From Macrostomum lignano (taxonomy: Eukaryota), in NCBI GenBank assembly GCA_002269645.1, contig NIVC01002687.1, positions 85,757-149,756 on the forward strand: a DNA stretch of 64,000 nt, in the 5' to 3' direction. Of this stretch, positions 38,289 through 61,621 are shown one piece after another (position 1 is the stretch's first letter; every line of letters starts with the position of its first letter). The notes under the pieces are model-generated. The model saw only the letters and a program-made list of their open reading frames with translations. It did no database searches and was not told the DNA's origin. A program made the translations under genes and the position numbers.

Positions 38289-40517
38289 CACAGACTGACA
38301 GACAGACACACAGACTGACAGACAGGATACTCACAGCTCTCCGTGCTCATTCTTCTGAGTCAGCTCTCCATACGCCAGGTTCCCGATCACACGCCGGGCT
38401 TCCTGCAGCTCTTCTCCTGTGCAGGTAAAGTCAGTGAGGAATTAAGTATAAAAGCAGCTCATAGTCCCAATACTCAGCAATTTCATCTCAAACAAGCAAA
38501 GGCGGAGAGCCTCACTGCAGACGAAGTCCGCAGCCGCAGAGCTGCCTCGCTGAGCTCCCAGAAAAATCGCAGCCTGACGCCTTGGCTGAAGGAGATGCAG
38601 CTGCTGAGGCTGCTGGGCGCTGGCCCCAGCAACAGTTGCTGAGCTGCCATTGGCGGCAGCGCCGGTGTCGAACTTTCTCGGTCGACCGCGCTTGCGCTTC
38701 TCAGGCGCGACGGGCTGAGGAGGCACCGGAGGCTGCTGCTGCTGCACCGGTGGCTCAGCATTGACGGTCATGCTGTGCTGCTGCCTGAATTCGGGTGTGG
38801 GAATGAAGTGACAAGCTTGATGCAGTGTGCTCTGTGCTCAGGGCTCACGGTTTTGTGCAATCAATGGTGCTGAATTACCTGACTTCGTGAGCTGCCTGCG
38901 GCGGCCACTGCACCTGCTGATGCTCTTCGTGGCTGGGCGGCGTGTGGACCTGAAATCCTGGCGGGGAGGCGTTCGATGAGTAGGGCGAAGGTGCCAAGGT
39001 TGTGGTTGTTGTGGAGCTCAGCTGGCGGCGTCGCCGGTCCGGCACCTCGCCGCGGTTGTAGCCGTCTCCGTCCTCGAGCTCGCGCAGGATGTCGTCGTCA
39101 TCGTCGCTGCCTTCGGCGCAGCCCCTGGCGAGTTTGGAAAAGTTCGTCGTGGTCTGTGGGTCAATGGAATGCGGCGGAGCCTTCGGCAGGTACAGCTGCT
39201 GGCTGCTCCTGCGGCTGCTGTCCAAGCCGCCCGCGTCATCGTCGGAACCCGAGGCCTGCCAATCATCGCTGTCGAGGACATCGGGGATGCCGATGACCTG
39301 GAGAAGGAGATGGGGCGTTGTTGAGACTGGATACTGGGCTGCATTCACAAATGGACACTTTGAGCAGCATGCACTGAGCACAGGGAAGTCAAGTCACACC
39401 GGATCGCATTCACAAATGCACATTTTGAGCAGGATGCACTGAGCTCAAGGAAGTCACACTGGATCTCATTCACAAATGCACACTTTGAGCAGGATGCACT
39501 GAGCTCAAGGAAGTCACACTGGATCGCATTCACAAGTGCACACTTTGAGCAGGATGCACTGAGCACAGGGAAGTCACACTGGATCGCATTCACAAATGCA
39601 CACTTTGAGCAGGATGCACTGAGCTCAGGGAAGTCACACTGGATCGCATTCACAAATGGACACTTTGAGCAGGATGCACTGAGCTCAGGGAAGTTACACT
39701 GGATCTCATTCACAAATGCACACTTTGAGCAGGATGCACTGAGCTCAAGGAAGTCACACTGGATCGCATTCACAAATGCACACTTTGAGCAGCATGCACT
39801 GAGCACAGGGAAGTCACACTGGATCGCATTCACAAATGCACACTTTGAGCAGGATGCACTGAGCTCAAGGAAGTCACACTGGATCTCATTCACAAATGCA
39901 CACTCTGAGCAGGATGCACTGAGCTCAAGGAAGTCACACTGGATCGCATTCACAAATGGACACTTTGAGCAGGATGCACTGAGCTCAGGGAAGTTACACT
40001 GGATCGCATTCGCAAGTGCACACTTTGAGCAGGATGCACTGAGGTCAGGGAAGTTACCTGTGTCTGAGATCTGTCGATTCCGGCAGCAGCGTCGGCAGCG
40101 GCGGCAGCTTCGGCGGCCTTCCTGCGCCGGTTCTCAAAGTTCAGCTTCGGTATCGGCTGCGAGTTGATGCTGGCAAGAAGCTGGGCGGCCCGACGGCCAG
40201 GTGGTGCGGCTGGTGATGCCACGTCACGGCTGACATCCAAGCTTTTCATGTTGCGCATCAGCTGTTCGATCTGAGCAGCTGCCGACAACTGCTGGGACTG
40301 CTGGCTTGGAGGCTGCTGCTGCTGCCAAACTGAATGCTGCGGCGGCGACTGCTGGACTGAATGCTGCTGCTGTGGCTGCAGAATCTGCTGGTGCATTGTG
40401 ACGGGAGCCTGGCCATTGCGAAATGTCAGGTCAATTCGGATTGTGACATCGTTTTCGTTGGGCTGGCTCACTTGAATGATGGTCGATGATGTCGTCATCT
40501 TGTGTTGGCGATTTAAG
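35057..40517 (-). CDS. Gln-rich AT-hook and ankyrin-repeat protein (probable nuclear regulator)
   Basis: Phase-compatible GT-AG exons (minus strand): 40517-40058, 39297-38879, 38784-38474, 38416-38335, 38079-37769, 36578-36189, 35178-35057 (TGA). The start may be ATG 40498 or a micro-exon 40804-40782 (MSFTIPE, speculative). AT-hook [10 protein letters not shown]; ankyrin-like [42 protein letters not shown] and SGLTLLQLL...LISCGADP. Confidence 0.8.
35182..35642. repeat. Intronic minisatellite, ~42-bp unit CACTGCTGAGAGGTCTGTGCGAGCTGTGGGAGGCRGGGGGGT
   Basis: Visible periodicity; abuts the acceptor at 35179-35181. Confidence 0.94.
35643..36172. repeat. Intronic minisatellite, ~75-85-bp unit GGTCAAAGGCATTATACTCAGTCCAGGTCAATACAAACTGCATGCATTCATCAAAGGTTTGAGGGCGGGCAGGGGGTCAGCTA
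   Basis: About 6 tandem units. Confidence 0.93.
37553..37765. repeat. Intronic minisatellite, 36-bp unit GTGAGGCCAAGGACCCCTGAGACAGCCACTTCAGCT, ~6 copies
   Basis: Visible periodicity; starts at the splice donor. Confidence 0.94.
38103..38325. repeat. Intronic (GACA)n microsatellite
   Basis: Tetranucleotide periodicity. Confidence 0.96.
39340..40057. repeat. Intronic minisatellite, 60-bp unit, ~12 copies
   Basis: Units recur at 60-nt spacing (CACTTTGAGCAGGATGCACTGAGCTCAAGGAAGTCACACTGGATCGCATTCACAAATGCA). Confidence 0.97.
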
Positions 40518-42420
40518 CTGGAATACAAAATTCAGAAAGCTGCCAGTTGTTGTGCATTTTCAGAGACAGAAAAATGAATAAGAGATAAGTTAACAGTTTG
40601 AGCTTTTTAGCAAGAAACTCTAAAATCCTTAGTTTTTGGTGGCGATAGTTGTAGATGTGACTCGACTTTATTTGTGCATAGAAAGGAATCATGGATCGAG
40701 TTAGAACGAAAATAAGGTCGCTAAAATTCGTATACTGCAATTTTGCAAAGAAACAAGATACTAATTTCAGGTTACTGTTACTCTTCAGGTATAGTAAACG
40801 ACATAGCATTTTTGTTTAGAAAGGTAAAATAGCTCGAGGATCTGTAAGAAGGTAGTGTAAAAAGCAAAATCAGATAATTTTTATCAGCATTTCAATAAAT
40901 TTTTTGCCATGCGTTTGCAATCAGATTTCCAGTTTTTACTCAGGCGTACAATAATGCTATAAATCAAGATTCACAGATTACAAATACAAATCGCGCACAA
41001 TTAAGGCCAGCTTTACGTATACGGTAGTAAAACACGTTTATTGTTTTACTTTAGAGAATGGTTTGATGCAGTTGATAAAAGGACTAGCCTACCTTTTCGG
41101 AGATGTTTAAAAAGGAAAAATTATATTGACTATCTTTTTTGACACGATAGCATGGACAAAGTTAAAATTGTAATCCGCCGGTCGGTATTTAGATTTAAAA
41201 CTTGATCGTGAGAACTGAAAGTTTGAAAATGAATCGGGACAAATCGCGTTCATATATATGCTGGCTAAGCAAATATAAACAAATTTTTGTATTTTTCCTG
41301 AAGAAATCAATCAGACTACTTTAAAATAACGCAAAAATATCATTTAGGCTTATAGAATTTCTGCTTCTCATATGACTTTGCTAGTCTTTTTATCTAAATC
41401 GGGGCACTTCAACTTCAAGTAAAAACAACAAAAAAATAGTTACATTTAGGCATTGATTTAATAAGTAGGACTAAATCGACTTCGGTTTAAAAACGGTAAA
41501 AATATAGCTAGGGGCTAGGCTAGGCCTAGCGCCTAATCAAGCATAATACATCTGATATACGATCCTTTAGTTAGGCCTAGCCAAATCTACTCTACTTATA
41601 ACGTATACATTAGTAGGCCTAGTCTAGGGCTAGGCAGAAATAGAATCCTAGGCCCTAGGCCGATCTTGGCTAGCCATTGACAATGTCATGTCAATAAATG
41701 ACCTAGCCAGCTTAGCCTTGCCTGTTTTGAACAATTAATATTATTATTATTATTATTAGGCCTAACTTTTTGTTTCTTCCAGAATCCAGTCCAGTCTGGA
41801 CTCGACTCCAAGCAAACATTTTTTATCAGTTGAACAGTGATTGAAATGTTCCTAGGCCTTGTCATTTTGTCATCTGCCATTTTGTTATCACCTCACCTCA
41901 ATTTGAGTCATCTTAATTTATGTATAAGCCTGCTGCTGCTACTAAAGCAGTGAAGCAAAGCCAAGGCAAGGGAGTCATTTTGTCATGTTATAGCTATACA
42001 TACACCAAAAAATCTTAATTGGCTAGGCCAAGGCCTACTTATTTACTTAATGGGTAATAAGAAATAAGATTAACATAAAAACAAGTTGTTATAGCCTATA
42101 GGGGTATTTCTTAAATTGGAAAAATCCTAGGCCTATTGATGTCATATTCATAAGGGTTGTTATGGGGAAGTTCTAATCTAAGGAAAAATTATAATTTATT
42201 AATCTCATGGCTATCAATAAATTTTGTTTAGGTAGGGCAGAGGACTTAGATTTCTTGGAATTGGAGAAAAATGTCCTATTTCGGTTATTATTAATAGTAC
42301 ATTAAGCCTCCATAGGGGTATTCAAATTAAAAATTCAAATATTAAAAGCATAAAAAAAGTTTTCCTAATACTTGACCCATTTCTAAATTGATTTTTTATT
42401 GTTTTAAATTTTATATATAC

Positions 42421-42515
42421 TCAGCAACATTGAAAAGTGTCTACTCTATACACCAGTGAGCAATTTCTTTTGGACTTTTCTAAAACAAAAGATAGGCCTA
42501 TAAAAAACTGATTGA
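42421..42515 (+). repeat. Dispersed ~90-bp repeat, copy C
   Basis: See 22621-22708. Confidence 0.8.
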
Positions 42516-43502
42516 GTAGCATTAATCTATTCAACAAAACCCCTACACATTGGACCTCTGATACTGATAGAGCCCTTCTTAACATTGTTACTAGTAAGCA
42601 AAAGCAGCTAGATAGTGGCTGCACTTATGGTTAGCAAACAGGTAGTATCTAGCAAGCCATTTCATATAGGCTGTCTAATCTATCATTGTTTTCATATAGA
42701 TTGCAAGTTGATATCACGTTTGCAGAGTTTTATAATAGGATATAGCTTAGCCATAAGTATGATTGTTGTTAGGGCAATAGGTTGTCTAGCCATGCTTTAA
42801 TTGATTAGTTAAATTTATACCAATTAAAAATATTGTTTTAACAAAAATAAGCACCCAAAAACATATTACATTTGCTTTTTATTATCTATTCCATCACTTA
42901 ATAAGCTTAAAGTAACTTGAAGGTTATTATTTTCAACAAAATAATTTAATGTACAAAATTATTGGATTGCCCTAAGTACTATATCCTTAAGTATCTTGCT
43001 AACTTAATTATTAGTTAATTAATAATCTAATAATATTTTGGTCACTTTCTCATTATTTTACCAGGCTAATTTTTGCTCTTAGTCACTACATTATCCCATA
43101 TATTAAAATAGAATATGACAATCTGATTAGCAACTGGTTGAAATTGGCCTATATTCATTGTCATTTTATATAATATGTTGTGTTGTAAAATAGTTTTGTT
43201 TTAAAAAAATAGGTTTAGCCAGGCATATAAATAGGATGACCATTTAAAATATATAACTGAATTGGATGTGGAGTAGATCAAGTGGTTATATTTTACTGCA
43301 TTTTTACTTACCCTTGGTCTGCCACAATTTATGCCAATGCCAGCCAGGTAGGCCAGCAGTTTTACATGTGTGGTATGCTTTGGAGATATATAATAACTTA
43401 AATAATGGCCTCATGTACATTAATTTAAGCCATGAAATGTTATTAAAAAATCCAGCTTATATAAATTGTTTTTAATCAAATGCATGAAAGTTTTGCTTAC
43501 CA

Positions 43503-46500
43503 ATGGCAGATAATGACTATCATTCAGACTCAAACTCTCAATCTGAAATGATTGAGCAACAACAACTTGCCAGTCGGCCAATGTCTCCTCAATTAGATGC
43601 TTCAGAAGATAGACAGTCAAATAGTGCTCAACAGGAGCAGCTCAACTTGGACAGTAGTCAGGATAGCTACACTGCATCACAGTCGCCAATGTCTCATAAT
43701 CACCCAGCTTCACCTGATGAAGATGAGCATCCAGCTTCATCCGATGTAGAACATCCAGCTTCACCTGATGTAGAAGAGCCAGCTTCACCTGATGTAGAAC
43801 AGCCAGCTTCACCTGATGTAGAACGGCCAACTTCACCTGTTGTAGAACAGCCAGCTTCACCTGATGTAGAACGGCCAGCTTCACCTGATGCAGAACGGCC
43901 AACTTCACCTGATGTAGAAGAGCCAGCTTCACCCGATGTAGAAGAGCCAGCTTCACCCGATGTAGAACGGCCAGCTTCGCCTATCGCTGAAGAAGCAGTC
44001 ATTGCCAATGACTCGGCCGATAATGACAGCATGCAAATCTCAGAAAATTCCGAAGATAACGGTCTTGAACAGCAGCCTGTAGTTGCAGATTCTGTTGTCG
44101 TTGAATCAGTCGTTGAAATTGACGTGGAACCCAATGTGGTTGTTACAGATGGCGATGCAGTGGAACCCAATGTGGTTGTTACAGATGGCGATGCAGTGGA
44201 ACCCAATGTGGTTGTTACAGATGGCGATGCAGTGGAACCCAATGTGGTTGTTACAGATGGCGATGCAGTGGAACCCAATGTGGTTGTTACAGATGGCGAT
44301 GCAGTGGAACCCAATGTGGTTGTTACAGATGGCGACACAGTGGAACCCAATGTGGTTGTTACAGATAGTGAAACTGTCGAACCCAACTTAGACGATGAAG
44401 CTGCCCAGACGTCGGGCGCTGAGTCGCGCAAACGTCGCCGATTATCATCGTCTTCGGAAGATGACGAGCCGAATCGCGATCGGACTGTTGCAGCTGCCGC
44501 TGCAGAGCACGCCGACGATGGCGAAGACGACGCCGAATCTGATTTTGAAGGCTTCGAGCCGCCCGAGGCTAAACAGCCGCGCAAGCATCGGCCGACCGTT
44601 ATGGACGATCCGGACGCTGAGAATGCTAACTCGGTTCAACAGCAGCAGCATCAGGAGGCCGGAGCCAGCGGTGGCATCATCACCGATATCTTTGGCGACT
44701 CCGACCAGGAGGATGACAAAGACGATGTCGCCGGTGAAGCTGACATGGACGAAGAGTTCGAAGGATTCAATGCCGAGGAGGCCGGGGCTGAAGGCGACGT
44801 CGTGGGCGAAACCGGCGTTACGAAGCCGAAGAAAAAGAGAGACGGCGACGATGACGGGTCATCGTCATCGAGCGGCGACGAGGATCAGCCACCCGGATTT
44901 CCCGTGTCAGATTTCGACGCGATTATGCAGCGCAAGAAGGAGGAACGCCGCCGTTCGTCTAAGCGCAGTTCGGCGCGCAGCGAATTCTTGACTGACGCTG
45001 ATAGCGTTATAACCCAGGTATTCTAGATTAGAATTTGGTATCCTAGATTAGAATTTGGTATCCTAGATTAGATTAGAATTTGGTATCCTAGATTAGAATT
45101 TGGTATCCTGGCTTAGAATTTGATATCCTGGATTAGCATTCGATATCCTGGATTAGAATTTGATATCCTAGATTAAAATTTGATATCCTAGATTAGAATT
45201 TGGTATCCTAGATTAGAATTTGATATCCTAGATTAGAATTTGGTATCCTAGGTTAGAATTTGGTATCTAGATTAGAATTTGGTATCCTAGATTAGAATTT
45301 GGTATCCTAGATTAGAATTTGGTATCCTAGATTAGAATTTGGTATCCTGACTTAGAATTTGGTATCCTGACTTAGAATTTGGTATCCTAGATTAGAATTT
45401 GGTATCCTAGATTAGAATTTAGTATCCTAGATTAGAATTTAGTATCCTAGATTAGAATTTGGTATCCTGGCTTAGAATTTGGTATCCTAGATAAGAATTA
45501 CGTATCCTAGATTAGAATTTGGTATCCTGGCTTAGAATTTGGTATCCTAGATTAGAATTTGGTATCCTAGATTAGAATTTGGTATCCTAGATTAGAATTT
45601 AGTATCCTAGATTAGAATTTAGTATCCTAGATTAGAATTTGGTATCCTGGCTTAGAATTTGGTATCCTAGATAAGAATTACGTATCCTAGATTAGAATTT
45701 GGTATCCTAGATTAGAATTTAGTATTCTAGATTAGAATTTAGTATCCTAGATTAGAATTTGGTATCCTAGATTAGAATTTGGTATCCTGGCTTAGAATTT
45801 GGTATCCTAGATTAGAATTTGGTATCCTAGATTAGAATTTGGTATCCTAGATTAGAATTTAGTATCCTAGATTAGAATTTAGTATCCTAGATTAGAATTT
45901 GGTATCCTGGCTTAGAATTTGGTATCCTAGATTAGAATTTGGTATCCTAGATTAGAATTTGGTATCCTGGCATAGAATTTGGTATACTAGATTAGAATTT
46001 GGTATCCTAGATTAGAATTTAGTATCCTAGATTAGAATTTAGTATCCTAGATTAGAATTTAGTATCCTAGATTAGAATTTGGTATCCTGGCATAGAATTT
46101 GGTATACTAGATTAGAATTCGGTATCCTGGCTTAGAATTTGGTAACCTAGATTAGACTTTGGTAATCTAGATTAGAATTTGGTATCCTGACTTAGAATTT
46201 GGTATCCTAGATTAGAATTTGGTATCTTAGATTAGAATTTGGTAACCTAGATTAGAATTTGGTATCCTGGGTTATAACTTGGCATCAAGAATTATAATTT
46301 GACACCAAGGATTAGAGTTTGACACCGGGAGGTTATGATTGCGTTATGGCTCATTCGAATTTCCTCATCAAAACTATCTCTATCTCAGGTTGTCTACGAG
46401 ATGCTTGAAGCGGCGCAGAGTGATCGGGAACTGATGAAAAGCGGTCGCCCAGCAACCAAAAAGATGAAGCTATTACCCAAGGTGGTGAGCCTGCTCACTA

Positions 46501-47519
46501 AAGCCGATGTCGTGTCCAGCCTGAGCGACAGCGCAATGCTCAGCGCCATCACCGAGTGGCTGGCCCCCTGTCCGATGGCTCACTGCCGTCGTTGCAGATT
46601 CGCGAGACCCTACTGAGAATGCTGGAGACCATTCCCGGCATAGACTCGGACGGACTGGCTAGCAGCGGCCTCGGCAAGGCTGTGATGTACCTGTACAAGC
46701 ACAAGCGCGAGTCTCGGCCTAATAAGATCATCTGCGGCAGGCTAATTAACACCTGGTCTAGGCCTATCTTTCAGCTAACTGACAACTACAGCACCCTGAC
46801 TAAGGAGGAGCGAGAGGAGCGGGATTATGCTAATATTCCGCAGCACAAACGGGCCAGCGATGCCAGATCTTCCGGTGAGATTTTATGGGGTATAATTCAA
46901 AATTAGCTACTATTAGTATAGTAGCTAGTTTTATTAATAGTAGCTATTATTAATAGTAATAGCTACTATTAGTATAGTAGCTAGAAGATTGCAATATTAT
47001 TCTATAATGTGAATTAAAGCTACTGTAAGTAGAACAGATGACAAAAGGCTTCGGATTTGAGGTTCGGGTTAGGTTTAGATTAGAGGCTAGAGCTAGATGC
47101 TAGATTGACAATCCTACTATAAGTAGGATAGTCAGTATGTGACATAATAATAATCTTTTTAAAGCTTTTTAGATCTTTTCTTTCAAGCTACTGTAAGTAG
47201 GAATTGAAAAAATCTAAATTTTCTTGCGCGGCCAGGCCGGGGCGACGGTTCGGACCAGCGCGGCAAGGCCAAGCCGGGCGAGCCGGGCTACGTCGGCCGC
47301 GCCCGAGTGCCCATGCCGTCAAACAAAGACTACGTGGTTCGGCCCAAGCCCCGGGTTGACATGGACGCAGTTAAACTGGCCTCCGCTGCGCCGAAAAAAC
47401 GCGAACGCCAAGTCTGGTTCGAACGGCACGTGCGTCAATTGAAAGACAAGCGTCGCAGCGGCAAGTCGATTAAAAAAGCTGTCCCTATGAGTGTCGAGGG
47501 GCGCAAGATGGCCCTGTGA
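43503..47519 (+). CDS. IWS1: Transcription elongation factor IWS1/SPN1 (TFIIS N-terminal-like domain), with a 1-bp frameshift
   Basis: Exons 43503-45017, 46389-46874 and 47236-47519. Motifs DIFGDSD...EEFEGF, SDFDAIMQRKKE, PATKKMKLLP, EWLAP[L]SDGSLPSLQIRETLL, SGLGKAVMYLYKHKRE, LINTWSRPIF, ARVPMPSNKDYVVRPK and C-terminal SVEGRKMAL*. The frame breaks at the C5 run 46564-46568. AATAAA at 47649. Confidence 0.93.
45018..46270. repeat. Intronic minisatellite, 20-bp unit GGTATCCTAGATTAGAATTT
   Basis: About 60 units beginning at the IWS1 splice donor. Confidence 0.97.
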
Positions 47520-47749
47520 CCACAGCACAAGTGCTTACTGGATTTCTATGCCGACAGTCGGCAGTGTTTCATAGCGTGTGAATTTGCAAACTTCAGTATA
47601 GTAGTAGTGTCGAGATTTTTTGTTGCTTTTTAATTATTCTCGCTGTGTAATAAATTATTAAATACGCAATATTGCTTGTTGCGGCTCTTCATTCTTTGCG
47701 TTTGGGTTCGTTTTTCTTCACTAACACTGCTTCCTTTTCTCCACTCTAC

Positions 47750-48575
47750 GTTTCTTCCGCTCTCTTCTCCCCTCTTGTCCCCTCCTGTCCCCCCTCTTCC
47801 CCTCTCCACCTCTTGTCCCCTCCTGTCCCCCTCTTCCCCTCTCCACCTCTTGTCCCCTCCTGTCCCCCTCTTCCCCTCTCCCCCTCTTGTCCCCTCCTGT
47901 CCCCCTCTTCCCTTCTCTCCTCTGCCCTCTTGTCCCCTCCTGTCCCCCTCTTCCCTTCTCCCCTCTGCCCTCTTGTCCCCTCCTGTCCCCTCTTCCCTTC
48001 TCCCTCTCCACCTCTTGTCCCCTCCTGTCCCCCTCTTCCCCTCTCCCCCTCTTGTCCCCTCCTGTCCCCCTCTTCCCTTCTCTCCTCTGCCCTCTTGTCC
48101 CCTCCTGTTCCCCTCTTCCCTTCTCCCCTCTGCCCTCTTGTCCCCTCCTGTCCCCTCTTCCCTTCTCCCCTCTGACCTCTTGTCCCCTCCTGTCCCCTCT
48201 TCCCTTCTCCCTCTCCACCTCTTGTCCCCTCCTGTCCCCCTCTTCCCCTCTCCACCTCTTGTCCCCTCCTGTCCCCCTCTTCCCCTCTCCCCCTCTTGTC
48301 CCCTCCTGTCCCCCTCTTCCCTTCTCCCCTCTGCCCTCTTGTCCCCTCCTGTTCCCCTCTTCCCCTCTCCCCCTCTTGTCCCTCCTGTCCCCCTCTTCCC
48401 TTCTCCCCTCTGCCTCTTGTCCCCTCCTGTCCCCCTCTTCCCTTCTCCCCTCTGCCCTCTTGTCCCCTCCTGTCCCCCTCTTACCTTCTCCCCTCTGCCT
48501 TCTTGTCCCCTCCTGTCCCCCTCTTCCCTTCTCCCCTCTGCCCTCTTGTCCCCTCCTGTCCCCCTCTTACCTTCT
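47750..48575. repeat. Polypyrimidine minisatellite (CCCCTCTTGTCCCCTCCTGT-type)
   Basis: C/T-dominated repeat with higher-order periodicity. Confidence 0.94.
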
Positions 48576-49789
48576 CTATGATATGATTATTAGGCAAGTT
48601 TTTGCGCATCATTTTTCACAGTTTTAATTGCTCTTCATATTTAATAAGTCATGGTTTTTTAGCTGTACATGTAGATGCGGCGCTTTGCTTATTGAATTTA
48701 TTTTCAACAAAAGAAGTTTGGCGTCGCGGCTAAGCCCAATTATTTGCGAGTGTAAAAAATGCAAAAAAATTCCCAAAAATCAACTATTAAATCCATATAT
48801 TCGCCTCTGAATACTGTTAAGCAACTTCTAACCCTTCAAACAATACATTATTACACTGTTGTGGTTGATCCATTAATTTCAACTGCCTCGGCGGCATTTC
48901 GTGTGCGCTAATTCATTAAAATTTTAATGGCTTTCTATTTACTGTTTATTGGTAAATTGGTCATGCTTCATGCTGTCATTCAGGTGGGAGCTAGGTGTGA
49001 TCAATACCCAAAAAGAGTCACTTTCGTTGCCCCAAAGAGTGAACATGTGACTCCAGATGATTCTAAAACTAGCAATTTAGTAAAAGTTGCTAAAATTGAT
49101 CAGTCGTCTAAGTTTGGACCTTTCATGTCTACGACTCCCGGGGCCGTAGAGTCACTGTAGAATCACTGAGTTACGTCTGAGTCACTTTTAACCAACTAAT
49201 TATTATCTCATTTCGCATTTACACGAGGATAAACTCTATTTAGTCTACTTGAGTTAGTAAGAGTTAAGCGCTAACACACCGACTCTTGGGACGATTTTTT
49301 GAGATTCTTACGATTCTACAACTGCACATGACGCGCTCGTGACTCACCAGTCGCATTGCAGTCGTTTGAGTCTCTGCTCAGGTGGGTTCAAAGGGCAAAG
49401 GAAGCGGTCAACTTCCTAAAACACAGAGGCACCTCAGCCTCCTCTCATAGAAGGTCATCAAGCATTGGTTACAAAATGTTAGTAATTTTCGAATAATTAA
49501 CTTTGCATTCTGATAGCAGTAGTATATTGCATATTTCGAATCAACAGCAACGAAAAAGGAAAATTTTGTAAGCGATCACAAGGGAACTGATAACAATTGA
49601 AAAATTAACTTCAGTATATCTATATAATCAAAAAGGGTTAATTGTTAAAAATCGTAATAATAAAAAAAATCAATCGGCACGCTCGTCTCGTACTACTAGA
49701 AAAGCACAATTTATGGGTGTAGGCTGAATTCAGCTTCTTTTTGGGGTTTTGGATTGAAATATTCATGCGTTATGTGTCTGTCTAGACAG

Positions 49790-50710
49790 AAAGGAGAGCG
49801 TCACCAGACAAGATGGTCACCAGACAGACCAGAGCGTCACGAGACAGACAAGAGTGTCACCAGACAGACAAGAGGGTCACCAGACAGACAAGAGGGTCAC
49901 CAGACAAGAGCGTCACCAGAGACAAGAGTGTCACCAGACAGACAAGAGAGAATCACCAGGCAGACAAGAGAGAATCACCAGACAGACAAGAGAGAATCAC
50001 CAGACAGACAAGAGGGTCGCCAGACAGACAAGAGAGAATCACCAGACAGACAAGAGAGAATCGCCAGACAGACAAGAGAGTCACCAGACAGACAAGAGAG
50101 AATCACCAGACAGACAAGAGTGTCACCAGACAGACAAGAGAATCACCAGACAGACAAGAGAGAATCACCAGACAGACAAGAGGGTCGCCAGACAGACAAG
50201 AGGGTCACCAGACAGACAAGAGAGAATCACCAGACAGACAAGAGTGTCACCAGACAGACAAGAGTGTCACCAGACAGACAAGAGAATCACCAGACAGACA
50301 AGAGAGAATCACCAGACAGACAAGAGGGTCGCCAGACAGACAAGAGAGAATCACCAGACAGACAAGAGAGAATCACCAGACAGACAAGAGAATCACCAGA
50401 CAGACAAGAGAGAATCACCAGACAGACAAGAGGGTCGCCAGACAGACAAGAGAGAATCACCAGACAGACAAGAGGGTCGCCAGACAGACAAGAGAGAATC
50501 ACCAGACAGACAAGAGGGTCGCCAGACAGACAAGAGAGAATCACCAGACAGACAAGAGAGAATCACCAGACAGACAAGAGGGTCGCCAGACAGACAAGAG
50601 AGAATCACCAGACAGACAAGAGAGAATCACCAGACAGACAAGAGGGTCGCCAGACAGACAAGAGAGAATCACCAGACAGACAAGAGGGTCGCCAGACAGG
50701 CAAGAGAGCG
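49790..50710. repeat. Minisatellite, 20-22-bp unit CACCAGACAGACAAGAGAGAAT/GGGTC
   Basis: Visible periodicity downstream of the MATE stop codon. Confidence 0.95.
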
Positions 50711-50804
50711 CCAGCAGAAAATGTCGAGAGATACGGAGAGAATCAACAATAGGAGAAATCTCCCAATGCAGAGTCAGCACACGCATGGGTGCCTGGCTTA
50801 TTCA

Positions 50805-61621
<10,817 letters not shown>

